From Acetobacteraceae bacterium (GTDB lineage Bacteria > Pseudomonadota > Alphaproteobacteria > Acetobacterales > Acetobacteraceae): DNA of 47,257 bases. The notes under the pieces are model-generated. The model searched no databases. It was given only the letters and a program-made list of their open reading frames with translations, and had not been told where the DNA came from. Where the stretch lies: the NCBI GenBank assembly GCA_030037665.1, contig JASHQG010000152.1, positions 1 through 47,257 of the forward strand. Reading direction: 5' to 3'. Positions 37,633 to 46,251 of this stretch are shown here, one piece after another. Numbering within the stretch: position 1 is the first letter of the stretch; each line of letters begins with the position of its first letter. Both the position numbers and the translations under genes were made by a program.

Positions 37633-38364
37633 TCACCTGTTCTCTGCCCGGGTCGCCCCCATGCGGTCACCGCTTCCGCCATCTGGTTCAGGCTGACGCC
37701 AGACCGGATCGTTCAGCCGCTCGATCATGGCTCGGTGTGCCGCCCGTTCCTCGACGGTGGGCTTGACTGATCGCGGCGTGCGTGAGCCGGTCTCTCTGTA
37801 TACAGCCGCGGGAACAACGACCGTTTCCGCCGCGAGCGATAACCCGCGCTGGCGGCCGCCGGTAAGCTCGACAAAGATGTTTGCCGTCAGTCGGCAATCG
37901 AGTAGCGCGTTGTGCTTCGTGCGTTCCGACAGGTCGATGCCGAACCTTCGGCAAAGCGCGTCCAGAGTGTTGGGCATCCCGGGGAAGCGATTCCGCGCCA
38001 GTGCCAGCGTGTCGATCATCCGCGCCGGATCGAGACGAGGCAGACCGAGCCGGCTCAGCTCAGCATCCACGAAGCCGAAATCGAAGGGTGCGTTGTGCGC
38101 GATCAACGGGCCAGTACCGAAGAAGGTCAGCATCGCCTCGGCGATGTCCGCAAAACGCGGCTTGCCGGCTAAATGGGCGTTGGTGAAGCCGTGCACACGG
38201 ACGGCATCATCCGGGACATCGCGTTCGGGGTCGATCAGGGCGTGGAATTGCTTGCCGGTGGGCAGGTCATTGATCAGCTCGAGCGCGGCGATTTCGACCA
38301 CACGGTGGCCGAGATGCGGCTCGAGTCCTGTGGTCTCCGTGTCGAACAACACCGATCGGGTCAT
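37633..38364 (-). CDS. dnaQ: DNA polymerase III epsilon subunit (3'-5' exonuclease)
   Basis: Exo motifs FDTETTGL, IAHNAPFDFGFV and HNALLDCRLTA. Its ATG overlaps the coaE stop (ATGA). Confidence 0.9.
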   Translation of the reverse strand: MTRSVLFDTETTGLEPHLGHRVVEIAALELINDLPTGKQFHALIDPERDVPDDAVRVHGFTNAHLAGKPRFADIAEAMLTFFGTGPLIAHNAPFDFGFVDAELSRLGLPRLDPARMIDTLALARNRFPGMPNTLDALCRRFGIDLSERTKHNALLDCRLTANIFVELTGGRQRGLSLAAETVVVPAAVYRETGSRTPRSVKPTVEERAAHRAMIERLNDPVWRQPEPDGGSGDRMGATRAENR

Positions 38365-38948
38365 GCGCGCAGCGCCCTGACGAATCGGCGCAGCGAGCGC
38401 AGCGCGTGATGGCGCGAGAGGCCGGTGCGTATGACGACATCGGCGCGGCGGCGTTTTTCTGCGTCCGGCATCTGCCGTGCGATGATGGCGGCGATGTCCG
38501 CCAGACTCATATTGCGGCGCTGGCGCACGCGCTGCATCTGCACCGCGCGCGGCGCCGAGACGACGACGATCTTGTCCACCCCGTGATCCCAACCGGTTTC
38601 GAACAACAGGGGTATGTCAAGCACAACCGCCCGAGTCCCGGCACGTCTGGCGCGCGCGATGAAGGCGCGTTCCTCCTGCCGGACCAGGGGGTGCAGGATA
38701 TGCTCCAGCTTACGAAGCGCCTCGGGCTTGCCCAGCACCGCCTGGCGCAGCGCGGCACGATCGACGGCGCCGTTGTGGGTGGTCCCGGGAAATGCCGCCT
38801 CGATCGGCGCCACGCCGCGGCCGCCACGCGCCTGCAGTTTGTGGACAGAGGCGTCCGCATCGAACACGGGAATGCGGGCACGGCGGAAGTTGGCCGCTGC
38901 AGTCGACTTGCCCATGCCGATGCCGCCGGTCAGGCCAATGATCTTCAT
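38361..38948 (-). CDS. coaE: Dephospho-CoA kinase
   Basis: MKIIGLTGGIGMGKST P-loop and DIPLLFE. ATGA overlap with aroE. Confidence 0.9.
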   Translation of the reverse strand: MKIIGLTGGIGMGKSTAAANFRRARIPVFDADASVHKLQARGGRGVAPIEAAFPGTTHNGAVDRAALRQAVLGKPEALRKLEHILHPLVRQEERAFIARARRAGTRAVVLDIPLLFETGWDHGVDKIVVVSAPRAVQMQRVRQRRNMSLADIAAIIARQMPDAEKRRRADVVIRTGLSRHHALRSLRRFVRALRA

Positions 38949-39784
38949 GCCGCGATCAGATCCGCGGCGACGAATTGGCGGAGTGTGTCGTCCACGTCGG
39001 GCTGCACGCCGAACCAGGCCCGGAAACCCGGCACGGCCTGGTGCAGCAACATGCCCAGACCTTCGACCGCGCGCAGGCCGCGGGCGCGCGCGTCCGCCAG
39101 CAACGGTGTTTCGAGCGGAACATAGACGATGTCGCAGACGGCGACGCCGGATGCGGCACGAGACAGGTCGAGTTGGAGTGTCGGGTGGGCCGCCATGCCA
39201 AGCGGGGTCGCGTTCACGATCAGGGCGTTGTCAGCGACGGCGTGGCTGCGACGGCTCCAGTCGATGACCCGCAGACCTGGCAGATGGTGCGCGAGTTCGT
39301 CAGCGCGTTGGCGTGTCCGGTTTGCGATGGTGATCGTGACGCCCTCGGATTGCAGCGCCGCAGCGATGGCGCGCGCTCCGCCGCCCGCGCCGAGCAGCAG
39401 TGCGGGACCGGAGGCAGGATTGACGCCGTGCGCGCGAAGATTGGCCAGAAATCCCCAACCGTCGGTGTTGCTGCCGGTGATGCGGCCGTCCCGGAAAACC
39501 AGCGTGTTGACCGCACCGGCCCGGCGTGCCGCGTCGTCGGTGCTGTCACAGACGTCAAAAGCGGCGCGTTTATGGGGGATCGTGACATTTGCGCCGGCAA
39601 ACCCGGCGGCGGCGAGGCCGCGGACGGCAATGGCGAAGTTCTCCGGGCGGATTGGCAGCGGGATATAGGCCCCATCGATTGCGTGGCGCTCCAGCCAGAA
39701 CCCGTGCAGTCGCGGCGAGCGCGAATGTGCGACGGGCCAGCCAATGATGCCGGCGATGCGGGCCGAACCGGTGAGGATGGGCAT
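38945..39784 (-). CDS. aroE: Shikimate 5-dehydrogenase
   Basis: GIIGWPVAHSRSPRLHGFW, NVTIPHK, NTDGWGF and LLLGAGGGARA. Start at ATG 39784. The track ORF's 200-codon N-terminal extension is antisense to the CoA-transferase gene. Confidence 0.9.
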   Translation of the reverse strand: MPILTGSARIAGIIGWPVAHSRSPRLHGFWLERHAIDGAYIPLPIRPENFAIAVRGLAAAGFAGANVTIPHKRAAFDVCDSTDDAARRAGAVNTLVFRDGRITGSNTDGWGFLANLRAHGVNPASGPALLLGAGGGARAIAAALQSEGVTITIANRTRQRADELAHHLPGLRVIDWSRRSHAVADNALIVNATPLGMAAHPTLQLDLSRAASGVAVCDIVYVPLETPLLADARARGLRAVEGLGMLLHQAVPGFRAWFGVQPDVDDTLRQFVAADLIAA

Positions 39785-40048
39785 GGACTGAACATTCACT
39801 GTGATGGGAGGAAGATCAAGGCAGAGGACACCCTCGGCGTGCTGCGCGCGGAAGCGCGCGTCGTGAGGCGCGGGGGTGGTGGGCGCAACGCACGGTTCCG
39901 TCGCGGCTTGGCCCCTCACTCCCGATACGATCCCGTCTCGCGTTGATCCGCTTGACGCCCGCGCCCCGCCACCGACGAGGTTGCTTTGACACCGCTTCCT
40001 CCCTCCGCTTACCTGCCCCCGAACTGACACTCCAAGGATCTCGGAACC

Positions 40049-41224
40049 GTGCGACCTCTCGAAGGCATGCGCGTCATCGCGCTGGAACACGCGGTGGCGG
40101 CGCCGATCTGCAGCCGGCATCTGGCGGACCTCGGCGCCGACGTGATCAAGATTGAGCGGCCGCACGACGGGGACTTCGCCCGCTCCTACGACGGCTTCGT
40201 GCACGGGATGTCCTGCTACTTCGTCTGGCTCAACCGCGCCAAGCGATCGATCACGCTGGACCTGAAGCACGCAGAGGCGAAGCAGGTCCTCGCGCGTTTG
40301 CTCGAGGAAGCCGACGTGCTGCTGCAGAATCTGGCGCCCGGCGCGGCGTCGCGCCTCGGGCTGTCGTACGAAGCCCTGAAGCCGCAGCATCCAAAGCTGG
40401 TCGTCTGCGACATCTCCGGCTACGGCGAATCAGGCCCGATGGCGCAGAAGAAAGCCTACGATCTGTTGATCCAGGCGGAATCCGGGCTGATCAGCGTCAC
40501 CGGCACGCCAGAGACTCCATCGCGCGTCGGCGTATCCGCAGCCGACATTGCCACTGGCATGTATGCACTCACCGGCATCTTGTCGGCGCTGCTGCGCCGC
40601 TCCCGTACCGGTGAAGGGGCGAACGTTAAGATTGCCATGCTCGATGCGCTCGGTGAGTGGATGACCGCACCCGTGTATCGCGCGGCCTATGCGAACTCGC
40701 CGCAACCGCGAGATCCGGGTGGACATCCGCTGCTGGCACCATACGGCAAGCACCGCACTATGGATGGCGAGGTCATTTTCGGCCTGCAGAACGAGCGCGA
40801 ATGGAAAGTGTTCTGCGACAAAGTGCTGCATCGTCCGGAGGTGGCGACCGACCCGCGTTTCTCGACGATGAGTGCGCGCCGCGACCACCGGCAGGAATTG
40901 ACCTCGCTGATCGAGGATCATTTCGCGCAGATGACGTCGATGGACGTCGTGGCGGTGCTGGACCGGGCGGGCATCGCCAACGGACGGCTGAACCAGTCGA
41001 TTGACGTCTGGCACCATGTGCAGTTTGACGCACGCGACAAATGGCGTGAGGTCGACACGCCAAACGGACCGATCCGAGCGCTGCTGCCCCCGTTCGCATT
41101 CACGGATGAGGAAGCGGTGATGGGAGACGTGCCCGCGCTGGGACAGCACACTAATGAGGTGCTGCGCGGGCTGGGATACGGCGAGACGGAGATCACCGCC
41201 ATGCACAGCGTGGGTGCGGTGTGA
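40049..41224 (+). CDS. Family III CoA-transferase (CaiB/BaiF/Frc-like)
   Basis: GMRVIALEHAVAAPICSRHLADLGADVIKIERP... and SGYG...YDLLIQAESGL are typical of the family. Confidence 0.85.
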   Translation: MRPLEGMRVIALEHAVAAPICSRHLADLGADVIKIERPHDGDFARSYDGFVHGMSCYFVWLNRAKRSITLDLKHAEAKQVLARLLEEADVLLQNLAPGAASRLGLSYEALKPQHPKLVVCDISGYGESGPMAQKKAYDLLIQAESGLISVTGTPETPSRVGVSAADIATGMYALTGILSALLRRSRTGEGANVKIAMLDALGEWMTAPVYRAAYANSPQPRDPGGHPLLAPYGKHRTMDGEVIFGLQNEREWKVFCDKVLHRPEVATDPRFSTMSARRDHRQELTSLIEDHFAQMTSMDVVAVLDRAGIANGRLNQSIDVWHHVQFDARDKWREVDTPNGPIRALLPPFAFTDEEAVMGDVPALGQHTNEVLRGLGYGETEITAMHSVGAV

Positions 41225-41252
41225 GCGTCTGTTTGTCAGTGCTGGCACTGCC

Positions 41253-41747
41253 ATGAGCACGTTCGATCCGGCCGCTCATCGCCTTGTTCAGGCGCAACGA
41301 TATTTCGAAGACTTCAAGCTCGGCGAACGCTTCGTCTTGCCCAGCCGGACGATGACCGGCGCGGTGTTCCTCGCTTTCCAGGCGGCGAGCGGCGACAACC
41401 ATCCGGTGCACTACAACGTCGAGTACTGCCGCGCACACGGCATGCCGGGCATGCTGGCGCACGGCTTCCAGACGCTGATCCAGACCGCCGCAGGTGCCGG
41501 TCTATTTCCGTTCATGACGGAGGACTCGCTGATCGGCTTCCTGGACCAGTCGAGCCGCTTTCTGAGGCCCGTATTCGTAGGCGATACGCTGTATGCAGCG
41601 TTGGAAGTGGACGAGATTGCCCCGAACCGCACCACGGGCGTGATCGGCCTCAGCAGCACGGTGCATAACCAGCGCGGCGAACTGGTGCTCGAAGGCCACC
41701 AGCGGTACCTGCTGCGTCGCCGCTCTACCGCAGGAAAGTCCGCGTGA
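41253..41747 (+). CDS. MaoC-like (R)-specific dehydratase / hot-dog fold protein
   Basis: SGDNHPVHYNVEYCRAHGMPGMLAHGF, plus a C-terminal hot-dog strand pattern. Start at ATG 41253. Confidence 0.8.
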   Translation: MSTFDPAAHRLVQAQRYFEDFKLGERFVLPSRTMTGAVFLAFQAASGDNHPVHYNVEYCRAHGMPGMLAHGFQTLIQTAAGAGLFPFMTEDSLIGFLDQSSRFLRPVFVGDTLYAALEVDEIAPNRTTGVIGLSSTVHNQRGELVLEGHQRYLLRRRSTAGKSA

Positions 41748-42331
41748 AACTCGGCATCGTCTCCGACATCCACAGCAATGCTGCCGGATTGCAACTGGCG
41801 TTCGATGCGATGGGCGACGTGGATGAAGTGCTGTGCCTCGGCGACTGCATCTATGAATACCAGTTCTCCAACAGCGTTGTCGCGCTGCTCAAAGAGCGTC
41901 GTGCGCTGGTCATTCAGGGAAACCACGAGGAGGTGTTTTTCTCGCCAGCGGGCGCCCGCGCGCGCGAACGCGCCGGGTTGGATGCATCGCTCATGGCGTA
42001 TCTTGCGGGTCAGCCGCACCGGCGCATTCTGCAGTTGGGCGGCAAGACGCTGATGATGGTGCACTCCACGCCTTGGGAACCACGCGGCGAGTACGTGTTC
42101 CCGCACAGCGCACGACTGGCGCGGTTTGCCGAAGCGGACGCCGACTTTGTGCTCTATGGGCACACGCACGCCCAGCTCGTGCGGCGGATGGGACATGTGC
42201 TGGTGATCAATCCCGGCTCCGCCGGTGATGCGCGCGATCCGAGCAACGGACGCCTGCTGAGCTGCGCGGTGCTGGATACGACGACGGACGAGGTGCAGGT
42301 GATCGACTATCCCGATCCACGGTTTGGGTGA
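41744..42331 (+). CDS. Metallophosphoesterase (YfcE/MJ0936-like)
   Basis: IVSDIHSN, CLGDC, GNHE and GHTH motifs. The GTG start overlaps the MaoC stop (GTGA). Confidence 0.8.
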   Translation: MKLGIVSDIHSNAAGLQLAFDAMGDVDEVLCLGDCIYEYQFSNSVVALLKERRALVIQGNHEEVFFSPAGARARERAGLDASLMAYLAGQPHRRILQLGGKTLMMVHSTPWEPRGEYVFPHSARLARFAEADADFVLYGHTHAQLVRRMGHVLVINPGSAGDARDPSNGRLLSCAVLDTTTDEVQVIDYPDPRFG

Positions 42332-43136
42332 GTTTGTCGTGCTGCCGAATATTTCGAGAAACGTGCCAGTTCGTCTGTTTTGCTGCCGTTCGAGGTGAGG
42401 CTGTTCGCGGGCGAGAGTCTCAATAGAGCGGCAAAATATGAGACTCTCCGTGGCAAACTGGGGCCTCGCCACGACGCGTTGACCTGCCAGGCTGAGCCCT
42501 ATCAGGTTGAGGCCTGTCAGGATAAGTCCCTCAGTGAAGTTATCACCCGCAACGCCGATGCGACACTGGATGTCGCTCAAGGCGTCGTTGATCATCGGTT
42601 CGATCTGAAGGTGCGCTTCGAGCGCAGACGCCCGCGTATCAACCGCGCGGCGGAGAGCGCGACAAACCTGCACCGCGGCGCCACGGCCGGCTGACGCCCA
42701 CCTTTTGGTCGTAACGGCCCGGAACCACAAACCCGGAAACGATCAGGCATAACAGACCGCCCTGCCCCGGCCCTGCCGACCTAAGTGATACCGACGTCGA
42801 CAATGTCCGCGAAGCGCTCGAGTTCTTGATCGCCATTGAGACTGACCTAGAGAACGACGACGACATCGACAGCTAAGAGGACTACCGGGCGCATATGGTG
42901 CCGTGCGAAGGGAGATGGCCACGCCTCGGGCAGTCCTGCGGCGGCGCGCGATCCGCTCCGTCTCCGGAACGTGTACTTCTTGCCTTTCTACAACAAATTT
43001 GCCCCGCTGTGACATAGCTCATACGTCGCCGACATTTATCGGTTGTCGAATGGCTGTTAGTTCGGATGGCCGTCTTGCTGACAGGCGCGGCTAATGTCGC
43101 CTTTACGACCGGTATTACGTTGCAAAGGAGGCAACA

Positions 43137-45908
43137 GTGCCACCTTCAAACGCTAACCCCGTCCGCCTGGAAGGCAGTGAGCGTTCCCATTTGCCCGGCA
43201 CGCGGCGCGTCCGCGCCGCCAATCCGGACGACATCCTGCGCGTCATAGTGATGCTGCGGCCGCGCGGGGATGCGCCGCCACCGCCGGACACGACGCAATG
43301 GGCGAAGCTGCCGATCCGGCAGCGCAGTGCCGCATCGCACCATGCATCGGCCGCGGATTACGGCGCCGCGCGGGCGGATGCTGATGCGGTTGCTGCCTTC
43401 GCGACTGCGCGCGGCCTGACAGTCGTCGAAATCAGCCTGCCACGCCGCATGATCGAGCTATCGGGTACAGTCGCGCAGATCGATCATGCCTTTGGCGTCA
43501 GCCTCGGGGTCTACGAAACGCCGGACGAGACCTATCACGGACACGACGGACCGATCCACCTGCCGCACGACATCGTCAACCTGGTTGCCGCCGTGTTTGG
43601 CCTGGACAATCGCCGCATGGCCTTTCGCGGCGGTGGGCCGGGCGTGACCATCACCCCGGTCACGCCGCCACAGATTGCAAGCCTGTATGGGTTTCCCGCC
43701 ATCCCGCCGGCGATCGCGCACCAGACCATCGGCATATTCGAATTCGGCGGTGGTTACGTGACCGACGCCGCCGGCCATGCGACGGATGCTGACCTGTTCA
43801 TGGCCGGGCTCAATCCGCCGTTGCCCAACGTCAAGATGTTCAACCCGCCCGTCTCGATCCTCGGCGCGCCCAACGCACCGGGCACCGCTGCGCATCCCAA
43901 CGGTGGCGACGGCGAGGTTATCCTCGACATCGACACCGCCGCTTCAGTCGCGGTTGGTGCGACCATCGCCGTCTACTTCGCGCCCTGGTCCGAGGCCGGT
44001 TGGGTCAAAGCAATCCAGACCGCCGCGGTACCCCTGGCCGGCGAGCCGACGCCGTCGGTCGTCTCGATCAGCTGGAATGCTCCCGAAGCGTCATTCAGCG
44101 CAGTCCAGCTCAAAGCCATGAGTCTGGCCTTTCAAGTGGCCACCACCGCCGCCACCAACGCCATCACTTTCCTGGTTTGCTCGATGGACGACGGCACCAA
44201 GGGCGGCGTCCCGGACGGCGCGGCGCATGTCTGGTGGCCTGCGATCGATCCCTGGGTGACCGCTGTCGGCGGTACGACTATTGGCGACATCTCTGGACAT
44301 TCATTCGACGAGATCACCTGGAACGACAACGGCATCACCAGCGGCGGCATCAGCACCGTCACCGATGGCAGTGGCCACTTGGTGTTTCCGCTGCCGTGGT
44401 GGCAGGCCGGCGCCAACGTACCGCCCTCGATAAACAACGGCACGACGCGCGGGCGGGGCATTCCGGATATCGCCGGATACGCCAACGGCTATGCCACACT
44501 CATGTTCGGCAATCCTGCCGGAACCTGGTGGGGTACCAGCGAGGCTGCCCCGTTTTACGCCGGGCTGGTCGCGATCCTGAACGCGACGCTTGGCACCAAT
44601 CTCGGCTACCTCAATCCGCTGCTCTACGCTCTGGCGGAAACGCCCGGCTTCGACATCTTCCACGACATCGACGACGGCCGTAACAACTCCGACACCTTTA
44701 CGCTGCCGCCACCGAATCCCCCGACCAAAATCACCACGCCCGGCTACGTCTCCATCAAAGGATGGGACGCGTGCACGGGATGGGGCAGCATCAGGGGCAA
44801 CCGGCTGCTGGGGGCGCTGGCGTCCCTGCCGATTGTCGCCACTGCCATTGCCAGTGGCGGCAGGTTCGGCAATGCCTGCGTGGCATCGTTCGTCGATGAG
44901 ATCCTGACCATCAACAACAGCGGCTTCGGACTGCTGGCGATCTCCAACATCACATCGTCCTCGACGGACTTCCTGGTGCCCAGTATCAGTGCCTATCCGC
45001 TGCTGGTCAGTGTTGGCGGTTCGATCGACGTGGTGATCCGCTTCCAGCCGGTCAGCGCCGGATCGAAGACCGCCACAATCAAGATCTTCAGCAACGATGC
45101 GGCCAGTCCTCACAGCATTACCGTCTCCGGCGACGCGGTGACGCCACGGCTGGATCTGGTGATCGCCGACAAGGGCGATTTCGGAGCTTGCTGTGCTGGG
45201 AGCTTCGTCGACCGGCCGCTGGTTCTGAGCAACGGCGGAAAGTGCCCGCTGTCGATCACCGACATCACCGCCTCCTCGGCCGATTTCGTCGTGCCGGAGG
45301 TGCTGTCCTATCCGCTCTCTATCGCGCCTGGCGCCGCGCTGTCGCTGCCGATCCGGTTCGCCCCGACCAGCCTGGGCAGCAAATCCGCGATTCTGACAGT
45401 GACCAGCAACGATCCGGCGAGCCCGCACAGGATCGACGTCTCCGGCGATGCGCCGCCCGGCAAGCTGAGTGTCACCGGCACGACCATTTTCGGCGGTGTG
45501 AAGTGCTGCACCAGCGAGCAACGTACCGTGTCGCTGTGCAACTCTGGCGGCTGCGAACTGCACGTCTCCGAGGTCACGCTGCGGCGCCAGCACCACGCGT
45601 ACCGTCTGATCAACAACCCGTTCCCGGCAACGCTGCGACCGGGCTCGTGCCTGAGCGTTGTGGTACAGTATCGTGCAATTGAGAAGGAACCCAGGGCGTG
45701 CGAGCTGGTGATCCATAGCGACGACCCGAACGCGCCGGTCACCTGCCTGGACGTCGTCGCGCACACTATCTGGGACTGCTGCTGCGGATGCTGCGACGAG
45801 CAAGGGAAGTCATGCTGCGGCAAGCGATCGAAGGAGTGCTGCAAGGAGCATCGCCGCGAGTGCTGCGACGAAGACCGGAACGAGAAGGCGGATGCTTACG
45901 CCATGTAG
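43137..45908 (+). CDS. Sedolisin (peptidase S53, kumamolisin-like) fused to three beta-sandwich repeats and a Cys-rich tail
   Basis: Domain evidence:
- An N-terminal pro-kumamolisin activation-domain pattern starts at residue ~8.
- Catalytic signatures: GEVILDID (Glu/Asp), WWGTSEAAPFYAGLVAIL (Ser) and the Ca-site GWDACTGWGS.
- Three ~105-aa repeats span aa 564-878.
- The tail is DCCCGCC...ECCDEDRNEK.

A strong SD (AAGGAGG) lies 5 nt before the GTG. An in-frame stop at 43092-43094 excludes a longer N-terminus. No signal peptide is visible. Confidence 0.85.
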   Translation: MPPSNANPVRLEGSERSHLPGTRRVRAANPDDILRVIVMLRPRGDAPPPPDTTQWAKLPIRQRSAASHHASAADYGAARADADAVAAFATARGLTVVEISLPRRMIELSGTVAQIDHAFGVSLGVYETPDETYHGHDGPIHLPHDIVNLVAAVFGLDNRRMAFRGGGPGVTITPVTPPQIASLYGFPAIPPAIAHQTIGIFEFGGGYVTDAAGHATDADLFMAGLNPPLPNVKMFNPPVSILGAPNAPGTAAHPNGGDGEVILDIDTAASVAVGATIAVYFAPWSEAGWVKAIQTAAVPLAGEPTPSVVSISWNAPEASFSAVQLKAMSLAFQVATTAATNAITFLVCSMDDGTKGGVPDGAAHVWWPAIDPWVTAVGGTTIGDISGHSFDEITWNDNGITSGGISTVTDGSGHLVFPLPWWQAGANVPPSINNGTTRGRGIPDIAGYANGYATLMFGNPAGTWWGTSEAAPFYAGLVAILNATLGTNLGYLNPLLYALAETPGFDIFHDIDDGRNNSDTFTLPPPNPPTKITTPGYVSIKGWDACTGWGSIRGNRLLGALASLPIVATAIASGGRFGNACVASFVDEILTINNSGFGLLAISNITSSSTDFLVPSISAYPLLVSVGGSIDVVIRFQPVSAGSKTATIKIFSNDAASPHSITVSGDAVTPRLDLVIADKGDFGACCAGSFVDRPLVLSNGGKCPLSITDITASSADFVVPEVLSYPLSIAPGAALSLPIRFAPTSLGSKSAILTVTSNDPASPHRIDVSGDAPPGKLSVTGTTIFGGVKCCTSEQRTVSLCNSGGCELHVSEVTLRRQHHAYRLINNPFPATLRPGSCLSVVVQYRAIEKEPRACELVIHSDDPNAPVTCLDVVAHTIWDCCCGCCDEQGKSCCGKRSKECCKEHRRECCDEDRNEKADAYAM
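44826..45770 (+). repeat. Three tandem ~105-aa protein-domain repeats (choice-of-anchor-D / ASH-Hydin-like beta-sandwich) inside the S53 gene
   Basis: Units lie at 44826-45140, 45141-45452 and 45453-45770. They share the pattern FG-x-C/V-x-S-x...L-x-N-x-G...L-x-I-x-x-I...DF-x-VP...P-x-x-I/V-x-x-G...F-x-P...G-S-K-x-A-x-L/I-x-I/V-x-SND-x-x-SPH-x-I-x-VSGDA. The third unit is the most diverged. Confidence 0.7.
45789..45884 (+). repeat. 24-nt periodic repeat x4 (TGCTGC + 18 nt) encoding CC-x6
   Basis: Units: tgctgcgacgagcaagggaagtca / tgctgcggcaagcgatcgaaggag / tgctgcaaggagcatcgccgcgag / tgctgcgacgaagaccggaacgag. They are preceded by TGC TGC TGC GGA at 45777-45788. Confidence 0.85.
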
Positions 45909-46007
45909 CGCCCGGCGTACCAGCCTGCCGCGCGGCCCGGAATGGTTCGTTCCGCAACGCCACGTACCACCGGTCCAAAACGGTCAGCCTGCCCCATTGC
46001 CTTCTCA

Positions 46008-46196
46008 TCATCGCGCCGTCGCGCGGGCGATGATCTGCGGCTCCAGCGGCAGCCCAGCGGTCTCCGCCAACCGGGACTTGTTGAGCTGCCGCAGCTCATC
46101 GCGGGTCGGCCAATCGCGCATGGTCGCGCGGCGGAAGAGGTGGAAATCCTTGACGTCGTTCCATACCCGAGCTGCCTCCATCTGCGCTTCGCGCAT
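46008..46196 (-). pseudogene. Possible N-terminal fragment of a TnpB/IS605-OrfB-like protein
   Basis: EAARVWNDVKDFHLFRRATMRDWPTRDELRQLNKSRLAETAGLPLEPQIIARA loosely resembles the N-terminal helical region of TnpB-type proteins. It is divergent from the adjacent tnpA remnant, as in IS605. It is only ~60 aa long and is a weak call. Confidence 0.2.
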
Positions 46197-46251
46197 CCGG
46201 GCCGGCAGGCCTCGTCTGACGTGGTCGACTCTCTGGATTGACCCCGATTCA

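Noticed and set aside
39785-40390. N-terminal 200-codon extension of the aroE ORF
   Set aside because: It overlaps the CoA-transferase gene in antisense and reads as nonsense. AroE homology begins at MPILTGSARIAGIIGWP (ATG 39784).
41411-42331. Lower part of the 439-aa minus-strand ORF (41411-42730)
   Set aside because: It is antisense to the MaoC and metallophosphoesterase genes, which have strong motifs. Only the portion in the intergenic region (42410-42595) looks protein-like, and that is discussed as a possible relic.
44301-45803. 500-aa minus-strand ORF
   Set aside because: It is an antisense shadow of the S53 gene, with Arg/Asp/Gly-rich low-complexity translation.
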